DNA of 64,000 nucleotides from Azolla caroliniana (GCA_043228905.1 JBHGNT010000013.1:12958001-13022000), one strand, 5' to 3'. Numbered from the stretch's first letter, positions 1 to 12,177 are shown. The notes: generated from the letters alone by a model not told the origin. Program-made: numbers and translations.

Positions 1-127
1 ATTTTGAAAATTTCCTAATATAACCGAATATTTTTACATTAACATAACGCCAATTAAGAAAATCATTAGATGGATTGCCCAAAATATTAATAGTTGTATT
101 ATCTCATGGTAGAATCTAACCAAATAT

Positions 128-208
128 GGCAATTTGGCCGAGTGGTTAAAGCATTTGACTAGAAATCAAATGGGTTCGCCCTCATAGGTTCGAATCTTGA
201 AGTTGTTG
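128..208 (+). tRNA. trnS: tRNA-Ser(AGA), probably a pseudogene
   Basis: A and B boxes, anticodon arm TTTGA-CTAGAAA-TCAAA and long variable arm are present; D- and T-stems carry mismatches. Confidence 0.75.
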
Positions 209-458
209 ACATTCTTTAACTATGTTTTGGAAACTATTTACAAACATTGAGCTTTTGTGCTTTAAACATTAAATATCCCAATAGTAATCAAATGTATGTG
301 CACTAACATACTTGTGAACACTTAAATCATATCGCTACCCAAAGAATAAAGACTCATTATTTTCTAATTTCCTACCTTATTAGCATGCTTATATAGAAAA
401 TATTTTCAATATTTAATTATAACCAATACTAAAATATGTTATCGTAGATGCCTACATA

Positions 459-530
459 GGATAATTAGGCCAAGTTGTTAAGGCGTTTAAGTAGATCCCA
501 CTCGTAGGTTTGAGCTTGAGATAAGTTGAA
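459..530 (+). pseudogene. Highly degenerate tRNA-Ser copy
   Basis: GGATAATTAGGCCAAGTTGTTAAGGCGTTT...CTCGTAGGTTTGAGC aligns to the array unit with an internal deletion. Confidence 0.6.
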
Positions 531-771
531 AAATAAATATCCCATCTTAGGAAGAATTGGTCAACATATAGAGTAAACTAAATTGTATAAAACACATTTG
601 TGAACATTGGCTTCCCAATCTATCTTCAAAACAGCCTAACCTAATGAAACGTATTTGCAATAAGCTAGTAGTGAACACATAAATAGTAGCATTACCTTAA
701 GAATAACTACTCTTTCTAGCGTTTTTCTTTCGCTTATTGTCAAGCATAGATAGTAGATGCCAACTAAATAC

Positions 772-850
772 GGCAATTTGGCCGATTGGTTAAGACGTTT
801 GACTTGAAAGCAAATGGGTTCGTCCTTGCAGGTTCCAAACTTGTAGCTCT
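772..850 (+). pseudogene. tRNA-Ser(UGA) pseudogene
   Basis: Array unit with a mutated B box (GGTTCCAAAC) and a lost 3' acceptor strand. Confidence 0.75.
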
Positions 851-1062
851 ATAAACAGTAAATATCCCATCTTAGGAATAAGACTCGCATAGAGGAAACA
901 TCACTTTTAATGTCCCATGTGTTAATATTAGGTTCCCAAGGGATTGGAGAAACGGGCTAAATCGTATCGCTACCCAAAAAATAAAGACTTATAATTGTGT
1001 TGTTTTCTACTTTATTAGCATGCTTAGATAGATAATATTTGCAACATTTACTTACAAAATAG

Positions 1063-1143
1063 GACAATTTGGCCGAGTGGTTAAGGCGTTTGACTTGAAA
1101 TCAAATGGGTTCGCCCTCGTAGGTTCGAATCCTGCAATTGTCG
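1063..1143 (+). tRNA. trnS: tRNA-Ser(UGA), intact cloverleaf
   Basis: Acceptor GACAATT/AATTGTC; D-stem GCC/GGC; anticodon arm TTTGA-CTTGAAA-TCAAA; variable arm GGG-TTCG-CCC; T-arm GTAGG-TTCGAAT-CCTGC; discriminator G; upstream CAA motif and downstream TTCTTTT. Confidence 0.92.
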
Positions 1144-1605
1144 ACATTCTTTTCCCTTAAGAATAACTACTCCTTCATGCGTTTTTGGTTTGCTTATTAT
1201 CAAGCTACTATAGATAATATTTCCAACATTTTAGTGCGGACAATAGTAAAATCGATTCATGAAAACTAGAAACAATTTTCCTGATTGCTTATGGTGGTTG
1301 ACTCAAAATCAAATGTTTGCTTCTCGGAGTTTGGAATCCTACATTTGTAGACTTTCTTTTAAAATCTTTGATGTTGCCGTCATTGATTTACATCGAGCCA
1401 TTGTGTGGCAAACCAATCCATATCACAATTCAGAGAGGCGAAATATATTATGAATATTTGACCGCTTAAGTCAAATGTGTCAATATTAGGCCGACTCCAT
1501 ATAACCGAATATTTTTGCATTAACATAACGCCAACTAGGAAAATCATTAGACGGATTGACCAAAATATTAATACTTGTACTATCTCATAGAAGCCAAAAA
1601 ATTAT

Positions 1606-1665
1606 GGCAATTTGGCCAAGTGGTTTAGGCGTTTGCCCTCGTAGGTGCCAATCCTGTAGTTGTCA
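1606..1665 (+). pseudogene. tRNA-Ser pseudogene lacking the anticodon arm
   Basis: GGCAATTTGGCCAAGTGGTTTAGGCGTTTG is fused directly to CCCTCGTAGG. Confidence 0.75.
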
Positions 1666-1919
1666 AGATTCTTTTAGTAAATTGTGGAAACTATTTACTA
1701 ACATTGAGCTTTTGTGCTTTAAACATTAAATATCCCAATAGTAATCAAATGTATGTGCATTAACATACTTGTGAACACTTAAATCGTATCGCTTCCGAAA
1801 GAATAAAGACTTATAATAGTCTTTTTTTCTGCTTTACTAGCATGCTTAGATAGATAATATTTGCAACATTTAATTACAACCAATACTAAAACATGTAACT
1901 ATCATAAAGAGAAAAATAG

Positions 1920-2000
1920 GACAACTTGGACGAGTGGTTAAGATGTTTGACTAGAAATCAAATGGGTTCGCCCTCGTAGGTTCGAATCCTACAATTGTTG
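1920..2000 (+). tRNA. trnS: tRNA-Ser(AGA), mismatched copy
   Basis: Full-length unit, anticodon loop CTAGAAA, intact B box; the D-stem is disrupted. Confidence 0.75.
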
Positions 2001-2294
2001 ACTTTGTTTCAGTTAGGTGATAGTATCTCCAAGATTTTAGTGTGGACAATACTCAAATCGATTAATGAAAACTAGAAAAACAATTTTCCCGACTACTTAT
2101 GGTGGTTGACTCAAAATCAAATGTTTGCTTCTCGGAGCTTGGATTCCTACATTTGTAGACTTTCTTTTGGAATCTTTGATGTTGCCGTCGTTGATTTACA
2201 TCGAGCCATTGTGTGGCAAACCAATACATATCACAATTTAGAGAGGCGGCATCTATCATGAATATTTGACCGCTTAAGTCAAATGTGTCATTTT

Positions 2295-5200
2295 TGTCCG
2301 CCGCAATAGTAACCAACGGACAAGAGCGCAGTAATATGGAATAGAGTAATATTGTAACACATGTAAATGGTTCACGTGGGAAGCGTGAACGGCTAAAAGA
2401 CCCTATGTATATATATGGCAAAAAACCTCTGATAGAGGTAGCATGTAATTTTGAATGTAAAAGGCGTATCTTAATAGAATTTTATTTTCTTTGATATATG
2501 TGTGTATCTGTGGTTAATCTACCGTGTGTCTATAATCCTTGGTGGCGTAGCACAATCGTAAGAGTGTAGGCGTGAGTAACAGTGTGTGTGCTAGCCCACT
2601 GTCAAAGGAGCTCGGTTGTAGCCATCTCCCTTATACGTTGCTAGGTTACGCACAGACGCTACCATTCGTTGTCACACAGTCACTTTGAGGTCTAGGTCGA
2701 AGGATTGACTGTAGACCGTGTTCCTAATCGTTAACACTTTTGGCACGCTTGGTGATCTGTGTCTTCTCATAGATGAACAACGACAAATGGATGTTTAGCC
2801 GTAGATGCCCCAGAGAACCAACACCACAAGACCGACCAATCACAAGGTCCATCACACGCCGGGCAGAGGAACGCGCATGGCGAAAGCCTCGCCTCAGTGA
2901 CCTCAGTGATACCTGTCGGGACCACAAAGACGATTTCTCGCTCTCCAAATACCTCGGCGATACGCATGAAGGGCGCTCACCACAAAAGCACTGTGGCCTT
3001 TCCCTGCCCGCCATAGCTTCCAACATGGCCTTTGCTTAGCCCGCTTCAACGGCGAAACCAACGCCGCAACCCACATCCGACTGTTCCTCAATGTCTAGAA
3101 TGCAAACCAGATGGCGCAGAGCCTTTCTGAAGTAGTAGCGCACCAGTCCAAAATGACGGAGTTCGGATTAACCTTGGATGGGAGAGCGGCGTTTTGGCAT
3201 TCAAAGATGAATTTGCCAGCAATCACGACCTTCGACTAGCTGCAGTCAGCCTTTCTACGGTTTTTTCATCAGAGGGTGCCGCAACGCGAAATCCTCAGGC
3301 AAATTTCCACAATTAAATAGTTGTCGATCGAGACAGTAGCGGATTTCAGGTTACGCTTCCAAAATCTACAACGGAAATTAGAATGGGGCCCAGCGGAGGA
3401 CGAGGCTAGGGAGGCATTTGTGGCAGCATTACGTCGACCCATACGAACAACACTCAACAACAATAGCGTAAGAGGGGAAACAACCGATCTGGTCATAGAA
3501 AGAGCGCTACAGCTCGAGCTTGACAAAGAAGAGGAAAGGTTTTCCATGTCCTCATTGCGACAAGTGTTAGCTCAAGACGAGGAACGACATTTTCGCCAAG
3601 CGATTCAGTGCACGATTTGCTTGAATTAAGGGCATTCCGCAGTTCAATGCAACATGCAAATCCACTGCCCAATCTGTCACTCGAAAGCTCACACAATTGA
3701 GCAGTGCAAGTACAATATGTTGAACAGAGCCACTCCCACAATACGTGGCGTGGAAACATAGCGTCCCCCACGCCGTAATGAACAAAGGCGGCAAGAAGAA
3801 CGACCATGATATATGGATTGAAACCCACGCGATGATCAGCACTACCGGAATCGCCGAAATCACAACAATTCCGAGGAAAACGAGCTGAAGGATGAAGACT
3901 ACCGTGGCAACCCCAGAAATACTAAAGGGGGCCAACGCTATGAGAATTATTGTCCGACGAACAAACGTGGAGGCTTCAATGGGCCTCATGGAAACCATCG
4001 TCAATATCGGGACCAACGGCGGTACGACGAAAGTTTGGACGATGACCGGAACCAAGAACCACGCCAACACCAACAGCAACCACCACGTACGCTTCGACGA
4101 GCGAATCAGGACCGGGAGGAGCAAGTCACACCTGGGGATCGGCACACACCACTAGGGGCCGAGAAGGGCGAATCTAGCATCCATTGTTTTGTTTGTCAAC
4201 AACACGGACATTATGCCACACAATGCCCAGTACGTAAGGGCAAGGGGCCCGCCATCAATATGATTACGTCGGAAATACAGCAAGTCACGACACGTCAGCA
4301 AACAAAAAATGTTGATTGGGCCATGCAAGATGAGATACGACAGATAGCCCAAGAATGGGTTGAAAAAGCAAATGCGGCAAATACGGACCGCATGCGAAAT
4401 GAGTCCGCAAACACGGTGGAGCTATTGGAGGAAGAGGGACCATCTCTGGACCCCATATGGCAAGCACTGACAATCTGCGAGATAACGCTAACCATGGACA
4501 AGTTGCTGCAACTAGTCCAACGATTCCGCCAGGCCGTGGAAGAGCGGATGACGGGCAAACTTGGGGTAGATGTTGCCGCGAATTCTACGGACATTAGCGA
4601 CGGACGGACATTGGTGGATCACCACAACCCGGCTATTAAGTTGATACTACACGATCAGGAAATCCCAGGATGCGTGATCTATGGTTGCTCGGGCGTTAAT
4701 GTAATTAGCGCGAAGACATACGAACAATTGGGAATTTCAGAATTGGAAGCTTGCCCGTTTTGGCTTCGCATGGCGGATAGTTGCTTAGTACGACCATTGG
4801 GGTTGATACGCAAGGTAGGCATTATCGTGGCAGGAGATCTCTTCGACATCTCGGCGGTAGTCCTCGCCCTTGACGCCCCAGGGGTGTATCCGATGCTGCT
4901 GGGCAGACCGTGGCTTTGTTCTGCGAATATCAAGCATAGCTAGCAACACAAGTGTATCAGCTTTTGACGCGGACGCACCAAGGTCCACGTACCAACAGAG
5001 GAAATGGTGACACATTGTACGTAGAGGATATAAATATGCAAGCTAGGGTGGATGATACGGAGTTAGAGGTATACCTAGACGAGCACCCTCAGATTATTCC
5101 GCTGTTCGAAATCGACGTTATCGAAACCACGACGGAATATGCCATGCCCGCTACACTCCACAACGAGGCTTACGACCCAAACCTGGAGACAATATTAGAA

Positions 5201-6342
5201 CTAAGCAGAGCATGGGCAACGTTCGAGAGGTCAATGGAAATTTCACGGCGAGTCACCGCCTTCGCCTTGGAAGAAGTAAACGTGGGTACGGCGTCAGAAC
5301 CCCGTTTCCTCTCCATCGCAAAAGAATTAATGCTGGATCAGAAAGACGCGATGATAGCACTACTCTGGAAGTATAAAGATGTATTTGCCTAGGCTCACGA
5401 GGACATGAAGGAGTTAGATCCGAAGTTCTATCAACATAAGATCAATTTAGCAACCGACGCGAAACCGGTCCAGCAACGTAGATACCGCATGAACCCAAAC
5501 TACGCGGCCCACGTAAAAGAAGAAATTGACAAACTCCTCAAGGTTGTATTCATACGACCAGTTAAACAAGCTACATGGTTAAGCACGATAGTAGTCGTAG
5601 CAAAGAAAAATGGCAAAATACGGGTATACGTGGACTACCGAAATTAAACGTCGTAACCATTATGGACGCATTCCCTTTAGCTCTCACCGATAGCGTACTG
5701 GACGCCGTCGCGGGGCATGACATGTACAATTTTTTAGATGGCTTCAGTGGGTACAACCAAGTACGCATGCACCCCGACGACCAAAGAGAAGACGACGTTT
5801 GTCACGAACTAGGGAGTCTATGTTGTAGTTGTCATGATGTTCAGGCTAAAGACGGCGCCGACGACATTTCAACGGACAATCACAGAGAATTTTGGGGAAT
5901 ATATTCCGGCCTTCATGCAAGTTTTTTTAGACGATTTTGCGGTATATGGGACAACAACCGACCATTTTACGCATCTGCAACTATGCTTGGAGCGTTGCCG
6001 AACCGCGCGCTTAAGCCTGAATCCCGCCAAATGTGCCTTCGGTGTTACCAACGGGGCTCTCCTTGGCCATATAGTTAGCAAGGAAGGGATTGCGGTCACT
6101 CCAAATAAAATCACCGTGATTACTCACACGAAAAGTCCGACAAACGTGAAATCACACATCCGATCTTTAGGACAAATACGATGGCACAGTTAGATGATAC
6201 GCTATTTGGCGGACTTCGCCACGTCATTACATGCTACTGTTCATTGAAATCCCTTCCAATGGATAGCTACGAAAGAGAAGGCATATGATGCGCTAAAGGT
6301 AATGCTAACACCCGTCGTACAGCCACCAGTTTGGGCGAAGCA
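2295..6342 (+). mobile_element. Ty3/gypsy non-chromovirus (Tat/Athila-like) relic, 3'-truncated
   Basis: Putative LTR ~2295-2736 ends TTAACA, followed by TGGCACGC (Arg-type PBS, partial). Gag with CCHC knuckle CFVCQQHGHYATQC, protease region, and RT motifs KKNGKIRV.VDYR, FLDGFSGYNQ, QVFLDDF; many stops and frameshifts. Confidence 0.88.
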
Positions 6343-6376
6343 CTAAAATATGTAACTATGATAGAGAGCAAAATAG

Positions 6377-6457
6377 GACAACTTGGCTGAGTGGTTAATG
6401 CATTTGACTTGAAATCAAATGGGTTCACCCTCGTAGGTTCAAATTCTGCAGTTGTCG
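6377..6457 (+). tRNA. trnS: tRNA-Ser(UGA), degenerate copy
   Basis: Full-length unit with acceptor GACAACT/AGTTGTC; D-stem and variable-arm mismatches. Confidence 0.7.
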
Positions 6458-6479
6458 ACGTTGTCCCAGTTAGGCCTTA

Positions 6480-6930
6480 CTGAGGTGTTTGAGTCCATGC
6501 TAAAGTGATGACACGGGAATGTCGACGAAGAACAAGTCACCCTCTCTGAGTGTAACATATAGCGGGTACAACGAGTGTACTTTCAGTCCTCGAGCAAAGA
6601 GGTGGTTCCCACTGTGGAGTGCCCACCCTCTTGATGAGAAGGCAGCATGGATGCCGTCTTTGTCTAATTGTCTGACTGAGATCAATGGTCTTGAGAGCTC
6701 AGGTACATGTCTGACATGTCACATTATGTAGTGCCAATGTAGAGCCACCGTGAAGGTTGAGCTCTACTGTCTCAATTCCGATAATTGCACATTGCTGCGA
6801 ATTTCCGACTCGAATTGAGTCGGAATATCGGGTTGAGTATAACCGAAATTGGGATCGATGAGGGGTCACATGATATGAAGCGCCCGAATCCAAGAGCCAT
6901 GTGCTCAATTCCTCTCTCGTAGGCAGAATT
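6480..6930 (-). mobile_element. Ty1/copia protease to pre-integrase fragment
   Basis: ORF 6699-6908 WLLDSGASYHVTP is the copia aspartic protease motif; ORF 6500-6685 LISVRQLD-like continuation. Confidence 0.85.
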
Positions 6931-6953
6931 TATGATTCGACTAGGTTCTCAAT

Positions 6954-6998
<45 letters not shown>

Positions 6999-7287
6999 TA
7001 AGACTTGAAATAGAAATAAGATTATATTATTAGGAAATGTTGAGAGACAAGCTCAACATTTGTGCATAATACGATGCGTAACCCAGTGCGTAGACTGAAT
7101 GCGTAAATCGGTACGCACAACATGGCCGTATCGGTGTGAAGACCGCGAGGCTGTTGGGAAGATATTCCTTGTAAGGAATAATTTTGGGAATTAGTGTAGT
7201 AGGCTCATTTATGAGTGGTAAAGTATTATAAGTACTTGTGTTAGCCCGATTGTTACGGCTTGTATAAAAGGTGACCACTAAGCACGG

Positions 7288-8685
7288 TGTCGCGAAAATA
7301 TGACGAGGATACGTGAACGTTGAGGCAAGACCCCGGGGCCTTTGTCTAGAGGATATCAAATTCGTGTATTTATATACTAAGAATTAATCGAAATGAGAAA
7401 GATTAACAAATTTCATTAATAAAAGGGAAAGAAAGATTACAATCAATCCCAAGATTGGGATTACAAAAGTTTTATCTTATGGAGATGATTAGAATAATAG
7501 ATTAGAAGAAATAAGAGATGATGATTCTTGAGTGATATGGCTTTGACAATGAATTTTGGATTTTGAGAGATTGCTTCCGTATGGAGATTATGGTTTTTCG
7601 CTTCCATAAGATAAGAGAGCTCCCCAAGAAAAGGAAAAAAATTAAGATAATATAGAGAGTCTATCCTAGTGTAGGAAAAAAATATGGAGTTCCCCCTTGA
7701 TCATAGCCTTTCCACTTTTTGTTGCATGGCCTCTACTTTTAGTTGCCTAGCTTTTTCTTTTGGTTGCATGTGACTGTCCACATGACCTTTACTTTTTCCA
7801 TGCACTCCCTTCTTTAGTTGGTTGCGTCCACATGGCCTTTACTTTAGTTCTCTTCACTTTACTTTAGTTTGTTGCATGATCCAATCTTTCGTCCGTCCGC
7901 GTCCAACCTCGTCCGGTAGCCGGTTCCATTTTGCTTGCCGGCCGGTTCCGGTTTGCTTGCCGGTTCCAGTTCCGGTTTTGCTTGCCGGCCGGTTCCGGTT
8001 TGCTTGCCGGTTCCGGTTCCGGTTTTGCTTGCCGGCCCGTTCCAGTTTGCTTGCCGGTTCCGGTTTTGCTTGCCGGTTCCGGTTCCGGTTTTGCTTGCCG
8101 GCCGGTTTCCGGTTTGCATACCCGTTCCGGTTCCAGTTTGCTTGCCGACCGGTTCCGGTTTTGCTTACCGACCGGTTTCCGGTTTTGCTTACCGACCGGT
8201 TTGCATACCCATTCCGGTTCCGGTTTTGCTTGCCGGCCGGTTCCGGTTTTGCATACCGGCCGGTTTCCGGATTGCATACCGGCCGGTTTCCAGATTTGCT
8301 TACCAGACCCATTTTTCGGATTTGCTTACCAGACCCGTTTTCCGGATTTGCTTACCGGCCAGTTTCCAGTTTTAAGGAATTTGGCCACCATCATCCATCA
8401 AGACAAAGTGGGCAAAGTGCTTTTAGCACAAATGAAAAATGAGGGAGCTCAAGGTGTTTATATAGCCAGGGCCTTAACTTTCCTATCTATGTAGGATAGT
8501 TCTAATCTCCCTATCTAATCAAACTTTATTTTCTCATAACTTGGTATGTATTTCTCCATTTTGTATATAGTAAAATACATTTTGAAGCTCTTGAGTATAT
8601 CCATCTTTCTATAGTAAGCTACTAATCTAATCTATAATAATTATTTCATTATTTTTTTACATAGTGTGTGAAGATTCACACGACA
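7288..8685. mobile_element. Gypsy-type solo LTR with 4-bp TSD ACGG
   Basis: TGTCGCGAA...CACACGACA flanked by ACGG (7284-7287 and 8686-8689); the empty site is visible in the paralog near 46680. Confidence 0.88.
7915..8370. repeat. GC-rich minisatellite (CCGGTT / TTTGCTTG modules, about 17-23 bp) inside the solo LTR
   Basis: Directly visible; it generates spurious ORFs in all six frames. Confidence 0.95.
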
Positions 8686-11039
8686 ACGGTGTATGTACAG
8701 ATTGAGTATTATTTTGAATTGAGTTTTTGTGTGTTCTCTCTCTATGTCACTCCTGCATATTGTTTATATTCAACCTCTCCATTAAACCTGCGTATTTTCT
8801 ATGTTCAGTTTTCTATTGCTTCCGCACGCTATTCTTTTCAGGAAACTAGGTTACAAAGAGTAGACTAAGGGCTAAAGATTGGTGTTGAACCGAATGAGTT
8901 GTGATCAATGAATAGACACCTATTTATAGATCCTTATGGAGTATTCTAGAATGTTCTAGAATATTGTAGATATTTATGATATTTAATATAATCATGGAAT
9001 ATCCTAGAATGTTCTAGAATATTCTAGAATACTCTATATATCTTATAATAACTAATAATATATTTATTATAAATATATATCATATATGTTATTATAATGG
9101 TTAAAGGTCTAACATATAAACCAAGACGTCTTGGGCTCGAATCCTTGTAAGGCCAAAATGTATGTTTTCATGACATTATCCTCCCTTTTCGACAACGAGT
9201 TCCACTGGTCGGAAGACAAGATTTCGGACTTTGCTTATGCGGATATTTTTTGTGAAACACAGCAACCATTTCGGAAGCATTAGCAAGATTCTCGAAAGGT
9301 TCCCATGTTCGATCATTAAGTGTATAACCTAGCTAGTCAACCAAATAATACAATTTGTTGCGAACGATCTGGGAATCGAGAATGGCCGAAACTTCATCTT
9401 TGAAACGATTTGAAACTTCAATTGGAGGTGGACGAGATGTAAGACGACCTGGAATAGAGTTGGTTTTGTAGGGCTCCAAAAGTGAAACATGGAAGACCGG
9501 GTGAAGATGCATATGAGGGGGGAGCTCAAGGTCAAATGCCACATCAGTAATCTTGCCAGATATCACATATAGGCCAAAACGTTGATAATCAAATTTGCAG
9601 TAAGGTCGGGTTATTTTAATGTGACCTTGTAAAACCCATACTCGATCTCCCACTTGAAACGTAGTCAATGAATCACGTCAATGACGGTCGACAACCTTCT
9701 TTTGAGTGTTTTAAGTATCACTTAAATGGTGCAAAAGGATATCTTGAACTTCTTGGAGTTGGCTGAGCCGATCTTCAATAGTCGAGTTCGTCGAGATTCC
9801 GGATGTTCAAGGATAGTTAAACGAGGATGGTACCCAATGTTTGCAAAAAATGGGGAATATCGCCCAGTGACGCAACAAGCAAAGAAGATGATTTATCTTA
9901 GCATTCATATATGGAACTTCAACTAGGAGAGGCCACATCAAAGTCAGAAGCCAATCCTCTCTTGTCTTGACCGTCTACGACTAATGGCATTTCATGTTAT
10001 AAACACACTCGGGGATTCAAGTCTTCTGAACTCTATTCGGGACCATATTGCGATTGATGAACTCACCCAAGACATTCTAAACCATATTATCCTAGATCAT
10101 GCTTCTTGTTAAGAATCTCAAAATCCTCATCAAGACTACAACCAGTTCAATTGGCATGATGGATTACTTTTTTGACAAAATCTCTTATATGTGCTTGATG
10201 GTCCTTCTCGACACCAAGACTTGCAACAATGTCATGACGCACCAATGGCTAGACATTTCAGCATCCACAAGACTTTCACATTAATTTCTCGAAGGTATTT
10301 TATTACGAAATATTTTCGTAATTGTGATACATGTTGCCGATCCAAAAGAACTCGACATCATCCATATGGCTTATTACAGCCAATGCCTATTCCTGAGAGT
10401 CCACGGAAATCTATTTCATTGGACTTCATTACGGATTAGCCCTTAGCCTACTCTTTGTAACCTTGTTTCCTCATAATATAATCTCATTTCCATTTCAAGT
10501 CTTCTCTCTCTCTCTCTCTCTCATACTCACGAGTCACGATAGTCCTCCAATTGTCGACATTCTTTTCCGTTAACGATAACTATTCCTTTATGCGTTTTTG
10601 GTTTGCTTAATATCAAGCTTAGATAGATAATATCTCCAACATTTTAATGTTGACAATACTAAAATCGATTCATAAAAACTAGAAACAATTTTCCCGACTA
10701 CTTATGGTGGTGGAATCAAAATCAAATGTTTGCTTCTTGGAGGTTGGAATCCTACATTTGTAGACTTTCTTTTAAAATCTTTGATGTTGTCATCGTTGAT
10801 TTGAATTGACCCATTGTTTGGCAAACCAATACATATCACAATTTACAGAGGCGACATCTATCATGAATATTTGACCGCTTAAGCCAAATGTGTCAATATT
10901 AGCCCGACTCCATATTTTGAAAATTTCCTAATATAACCGAATATTTTTGCATTAACATAACGCAAACTAAGAAATCATTAGACGGATTGCCCAAAATATG
11001 AATAGTTTTATTATCTCACGGTAGAAGCTAACCAAATAT

Positions 11040-11120
11040 GGCAATTTGATCGAGTGGTTAAGGAGTTTGACTTGAAATCAAATGGGTTCGCCCTCGTAGG
11101 TTCGAATCCTATAGTTGTCG
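11040..11120 (+). tRNA. trnS: tRNA-Ser(UGA), near-intact
   Basis: Full cloverleaf with intact anticodon, variable and T arms; weakened D-stem. Confidence 0.78.
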
Positions 11121-11680
11121 AGATTCTTTATTATGTTTTGGAAACTATTTACAAACATTGAGATTTTGTGCTTTAAACATTAAATATCCCAATAGTAATG
11201 TAATGTATGTGCACTAACATACTTGTGAAAACTTAAATCGTATCACTACCCAAAGAATAAAGACTCATTATTTTCCAATTTCCTACCTTATTACCATGCT
11301 TAGATACAAAATATTTTAAACATTTAATTATAACCAATACTAAAATATGTTATCGTACATGGCTACATAGGATAATTAAACCGAGTTGTTAAGGCATTTG
11401 AGTAGATATGAAATGTGTTCCCCCTCGTAGGTTTGAGCTTGACGTAAGCTAAAAAATAAATATCCCATCTTAGGACATAGAGTAAACTAAAAAAAATTTA
11501 ACACATTTGTGAACATTGGCTTCCTTATCTATCATTAAAACAGGCTTACCTAATGAAATGTAATTGCAATAAGGTAGTAGTGAACACATAAAGAGTAGCA
11601 TTACCTTAAGAATAGCTACTCTTTCTGGCATTTTTCTTTCGCGTATTATCAACCATATATAGTATGTGCCAACAAAATAC

Positions 11681-11761
11681 GGTAATTTGGCCGATTGGTT
11701 AAGGCGTTTGACTTGAAAGCAAATGGGTTCGCCCTCGCAGGTTCGAATCCTGCAGTTGCCG
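11681..11761 (+). tRNA. trnS: tRNA-Ser(UGA), near-intact
   Basis: Perfect T arm GCAGG-TTCGAAT-CCTGC; acceptor GGTAATT/AGTTGCC; one anticodon-stem mismatch. Confidence 0.8.
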
Positions 11762-12096
11762 ACATTCTTCCATTTAGGTGTTGAAACTGTTCACTAACAT
11801 TGCATTCTTCCGTTTAGGTGTTTGAAATTGTTCCCTAATATTGAGCTTCTACTCTTTAAACAGTAAATATCCCATTTTAGGAACAAGACTCACAGAGGAA
11901 ACATGACTTTTAATGTCCCATGTGTTAATATTAGGTTCCCCAGGGATTGGAGAAAGGGGCTAAATCGTATCGCTACCCAAAAAATAAAGACTTATCATTG
12001 TCATGTTTTCTGCTTTATTAGCATGCTTAGAAAGAAAATATTTGCAACATTTAATTCCAAATAATACTAAAATATGTAATTATCATAGCAAAAAAG

Positions 12097-12177
12097 GACA
12101 ACTTGGCCGAGTGGTTAAGATGTTTGACTTGAAATCAAATGGGTTTGCCCTCGTAGGTTCGAATCCGGCAGTTGTCG
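12097..12177 (+). tRNA. trnS: tRNA-Ser(UGA), near-intact
   Basis: Perfect acceptor GACAACT/AGTTGTC and intact anticodon arm; D- and T-stem mismatches. Confidence 0.78.

Larger units (their letters stand above)
1..2290 (+). repeat. tRNA-Ser tandem array, block 1 (6 copies plus modular spacers)
   Basis: Recurring 81-nt G(A/G)CAA(C/T)TTGGCCGAGTGGTTAAGGCGTTTGACT.GAAATCAAATGGGTTCGCCCTCGTAGGTTCGAATCCTGCA(G/A)TTGTCG units at 128, ~459, 772, 1063, 1606 and 1920; the spacers recur in the other blocks. Confidence 0.95.
7038..8840 (+). mobile_element. Copia-type solo LTR with 5-bp TSD GGAAA
   Basis: TGTTGAGAGACAAGCTCAAC...CTTTTCA flanked by GGAAA (7033-7037 and 8841-8845). Its start resembles the copia LTR start TGTTGAGAATCAAGCTCAAC at 30911; a partial uninterrupted copy lies at 46550-46837. 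Confidence 0.85.
6957..10547. mobile_element. Rearranged Tcn1-type chromovirus derivative, copy 1 (interrupted by nested solo LTRs)
   Basis: Minus strand: integrase C-terminus and chromodomain (HPVFHVSLLEPY...ILDS..VRNKLYYLVDW), PPT, and LTR starting TGTCATG at 9175. Plus strand: integrase zinc finger (CHDAPMA.HF...CDTC) joined to the LTR 3' part and (TC)n. Confidence 0.85.

Noticed and set aside
1063-1143. tRNA-derived SINE, or tRNA-Sec/suppressor interpretation
   Set aside because: There are no poly(A) tails or TSDs per unit. Anticodon TGA reads UCA (Ser), not the UGA stop, and the acceptor stem is the standard 7 bp.
1-2290. CRISPR-like repeat-spacer appearance of the array
   Set aside because: The repeats are 81-nt tRNA bodies, the spacers are hundreds of bp and themselves repeated, there are no cas genes, and the context is eukaryotic.
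7822-8494. Six overlapping ORFs of 86-206 aa
   Set aside because: Artefact of a stop-free CCGGTT minisatellite inside an LTR.
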